From: a bacterium
Lineage (GTDB): Bacteria > Zhuqueibacterota > Zhuqueibacteria > Oceanimicrobiales > Oceanimicrobiaceae
Length of the DNA stretch: 27,619 nucleotides
Reading direction: 5' to 3'
NCBI GenBank assembly: GCA_046757025.1
Contig: JBHHXN010000057.1
Location: 1 to 27,619, forward strand
The stretch's first letter is position 1. Every line of letters begins with the position of its first letter. Positions 26,601 through 27,619 of this stretch are shown here, piece after piece. Both the position numbers and the translations under genes were made by a program. The notes beneath the pieces are model-generated. The model did no database searches, was not told the DNA's origin, and worked only from the letters and a program-made list of their open reading frames with translations.

Positions 26601-27398
26601 TCATTGTTTTTGCAGAATTTTCCTCATTTTAATCCTCCGCAATTGAAAGACCATGAAAAAGACAAATGCGATGGATAAAATCAACTCAATCACTTCGGCA
26701 TATTCGGCAATGGCAAAATAGTATTTCGCCGGCGCGGTGAAAAAATTCCGGTAAATCCGCCAGATAAACGGGATGAAGAAAAAGGGAATCAAGGTGTAAT
26801 GCGGTACCAGCATCGAAAGCGGTGCCTGATATTTTTTGAGACTCTTTGACCGCATGACCAGTAACGGCAGAAACGTGCCATAAGCACCGATAATGAGATG
26901 CATCCACTTGAACATGGTATCGACGCCGTAAATCGTGTGAATGTTGGTTTCCTCTTGCTTGTTGATGATGCGCATGGAATCCGGCGTAACCCACCCGAAG
27001 ATTCTTTGCCCCCAGCTCAGCTCTTCCCCGATGAGAAAAAAGATGCCGACGCTCAATATCAAGTAAAGTGAGGCGATGATTTTATCGCCCTCATGGTATT
27101 TATATTTGACCACCAGCAGGTTCAAGACAAAAGCAACACCCCAAAAGAGCACCTGCAAATTTTCTGCAAAGCGATCTTCGCCGGTAAACCATTTATAGGC
27201 ATCTTTACCGATGAGCGCAGTGGCAAACCCGGTGAAGGCGATGATAAATGGGACGGCACAGAGCAGCAACAAGCTCGTTTGCGAGATGTTCCAGGCCCGG
27301 GCGCCCTCTTGCAATAATCCATTCAGGGTCATCCGGATTGAATTAGATTTGGTCGATTCCCCCTTAGTTTTGGTCGTGGTTAGAGTGACATTATCCAT
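26601..27398 (-). CDS. Uncharacterised multi-pass membrane protein (EExSWGQR motif), paralog 1
   Basis: Colinear with 25481-26302. Motifs GEDRFAENLQ and GEELSWGQRIFGWVTP...NKQEETNIHT. GGAGGAG ribosome-binding site. Confidence 0.85.
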   Translation of the reverse strand: MDNVTLTTTKTKGESTKSNSIRMTLNGLLQEGARAWNISQTSLLLLCAVPFIIAFTGFATALIGKDAYKWFTGEDRFAENLQVLFWGVAFVLNLLVVKYKYHEGDKIIASLYLILSVGIFFLIGEELSWGQRIFGWVTPDSMRIINKQEETNIHTIYGVDTMFKWMHLIIGAYGTFLPLLVMRSKSLKKYQAPLSMLVPHYTLIPFFFIPFIWRIYRNFFTAPAKYYFAIAEYAEVIELILSIAFVFFMVFQLRRIKMRKILQKQ

Positions 27399-27581
27399 TA
27401 AACTCCTCCAAAAAAGTGATCAAAACCACTTTAGTGTTCATGTAATTCGTTTCAGTTTTTCCGAAAACCTGCTTAAAGCACCCACCCGTTTATTTTTTCT
27501 TAAAATTTGGAATCGGGATTCACATCGGCTTGCCAAAATACGATTTTAATGGTACTTAATTTAGCCTGAATAATTCATAGC

Positions 27582-27605
27582 CACGAAGTCACAAAGACAC
27601 AAAGT
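27582..27605. repeat. Three degenerate 8-bp tandem repeats
   Basis: cacgaagt / cacaaaga / cacaaagt. Confidence 0.55.
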
Positions 27606-27619
27606 ATTGTAAATATTGA

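Noticed and set aside
1..27619. CRISPR arrays, tRNA/rRNA genes, transposases, integrases or defence systems
   Set aside because: No regularly spaced repeats, RNA-gene signatures or recombinase/nuclease motifs were seen by eye.

Overview
All convincing genes in this window lie on the minus strand. Positions 27398 to 6519 form the downstream part of a Wzx/Wzy-type surface or exopolysaccharide locus. In transcription order it encodes: two tandem paralogous membrane proteins of unknown function, a pyruvate kinase-ATP sulfurylase fusion, a sulfotransferase, a TauE/SafE transporter, a nucleotidyltransferase-like/thymidylate-kinase-like fusion, a Wzx flippase, a methyltransferase-like/APH-kinase fusion, a Thr-nucleophile 'sulfatase-like' enzyme, an O-antigen ligase/Wzy-family protein, a split second copy of the methyltransferase-like + APH-kinase pair, a stand-alone thymidylate-kinase-like protein, an ATP-grasp ligase, a polysaccharide deacetylase and a GT4 glycosyltransferase. 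Downstream are a secreted purple-acid-phosphatase-like protein (Ig-like repeats, T9SS/FlgD-type tail, preceded by a sigma-54-like promoter and followed by an intrinsic terminator) and a TPR + GWxTD-domain protein. The protein tails and the GWxTD domain suggest an FCB-related lineage such as KSB1 or Calditrichota (inference). Intergenic regions carry REP/MITE-like palindromes and a probable decayed four-helix-bundle element. The most unusual feature is a candidate self-contained glycan sulfation/phosphorylation system: the pyruvate kinase-ATP sulfurylase fusion has altered active-site motifs, no APS kinase is present in the window, and four unexplained kinases occur as duplicated fused/split modules. 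All assignments come from motif reading by eye; no searches were run.
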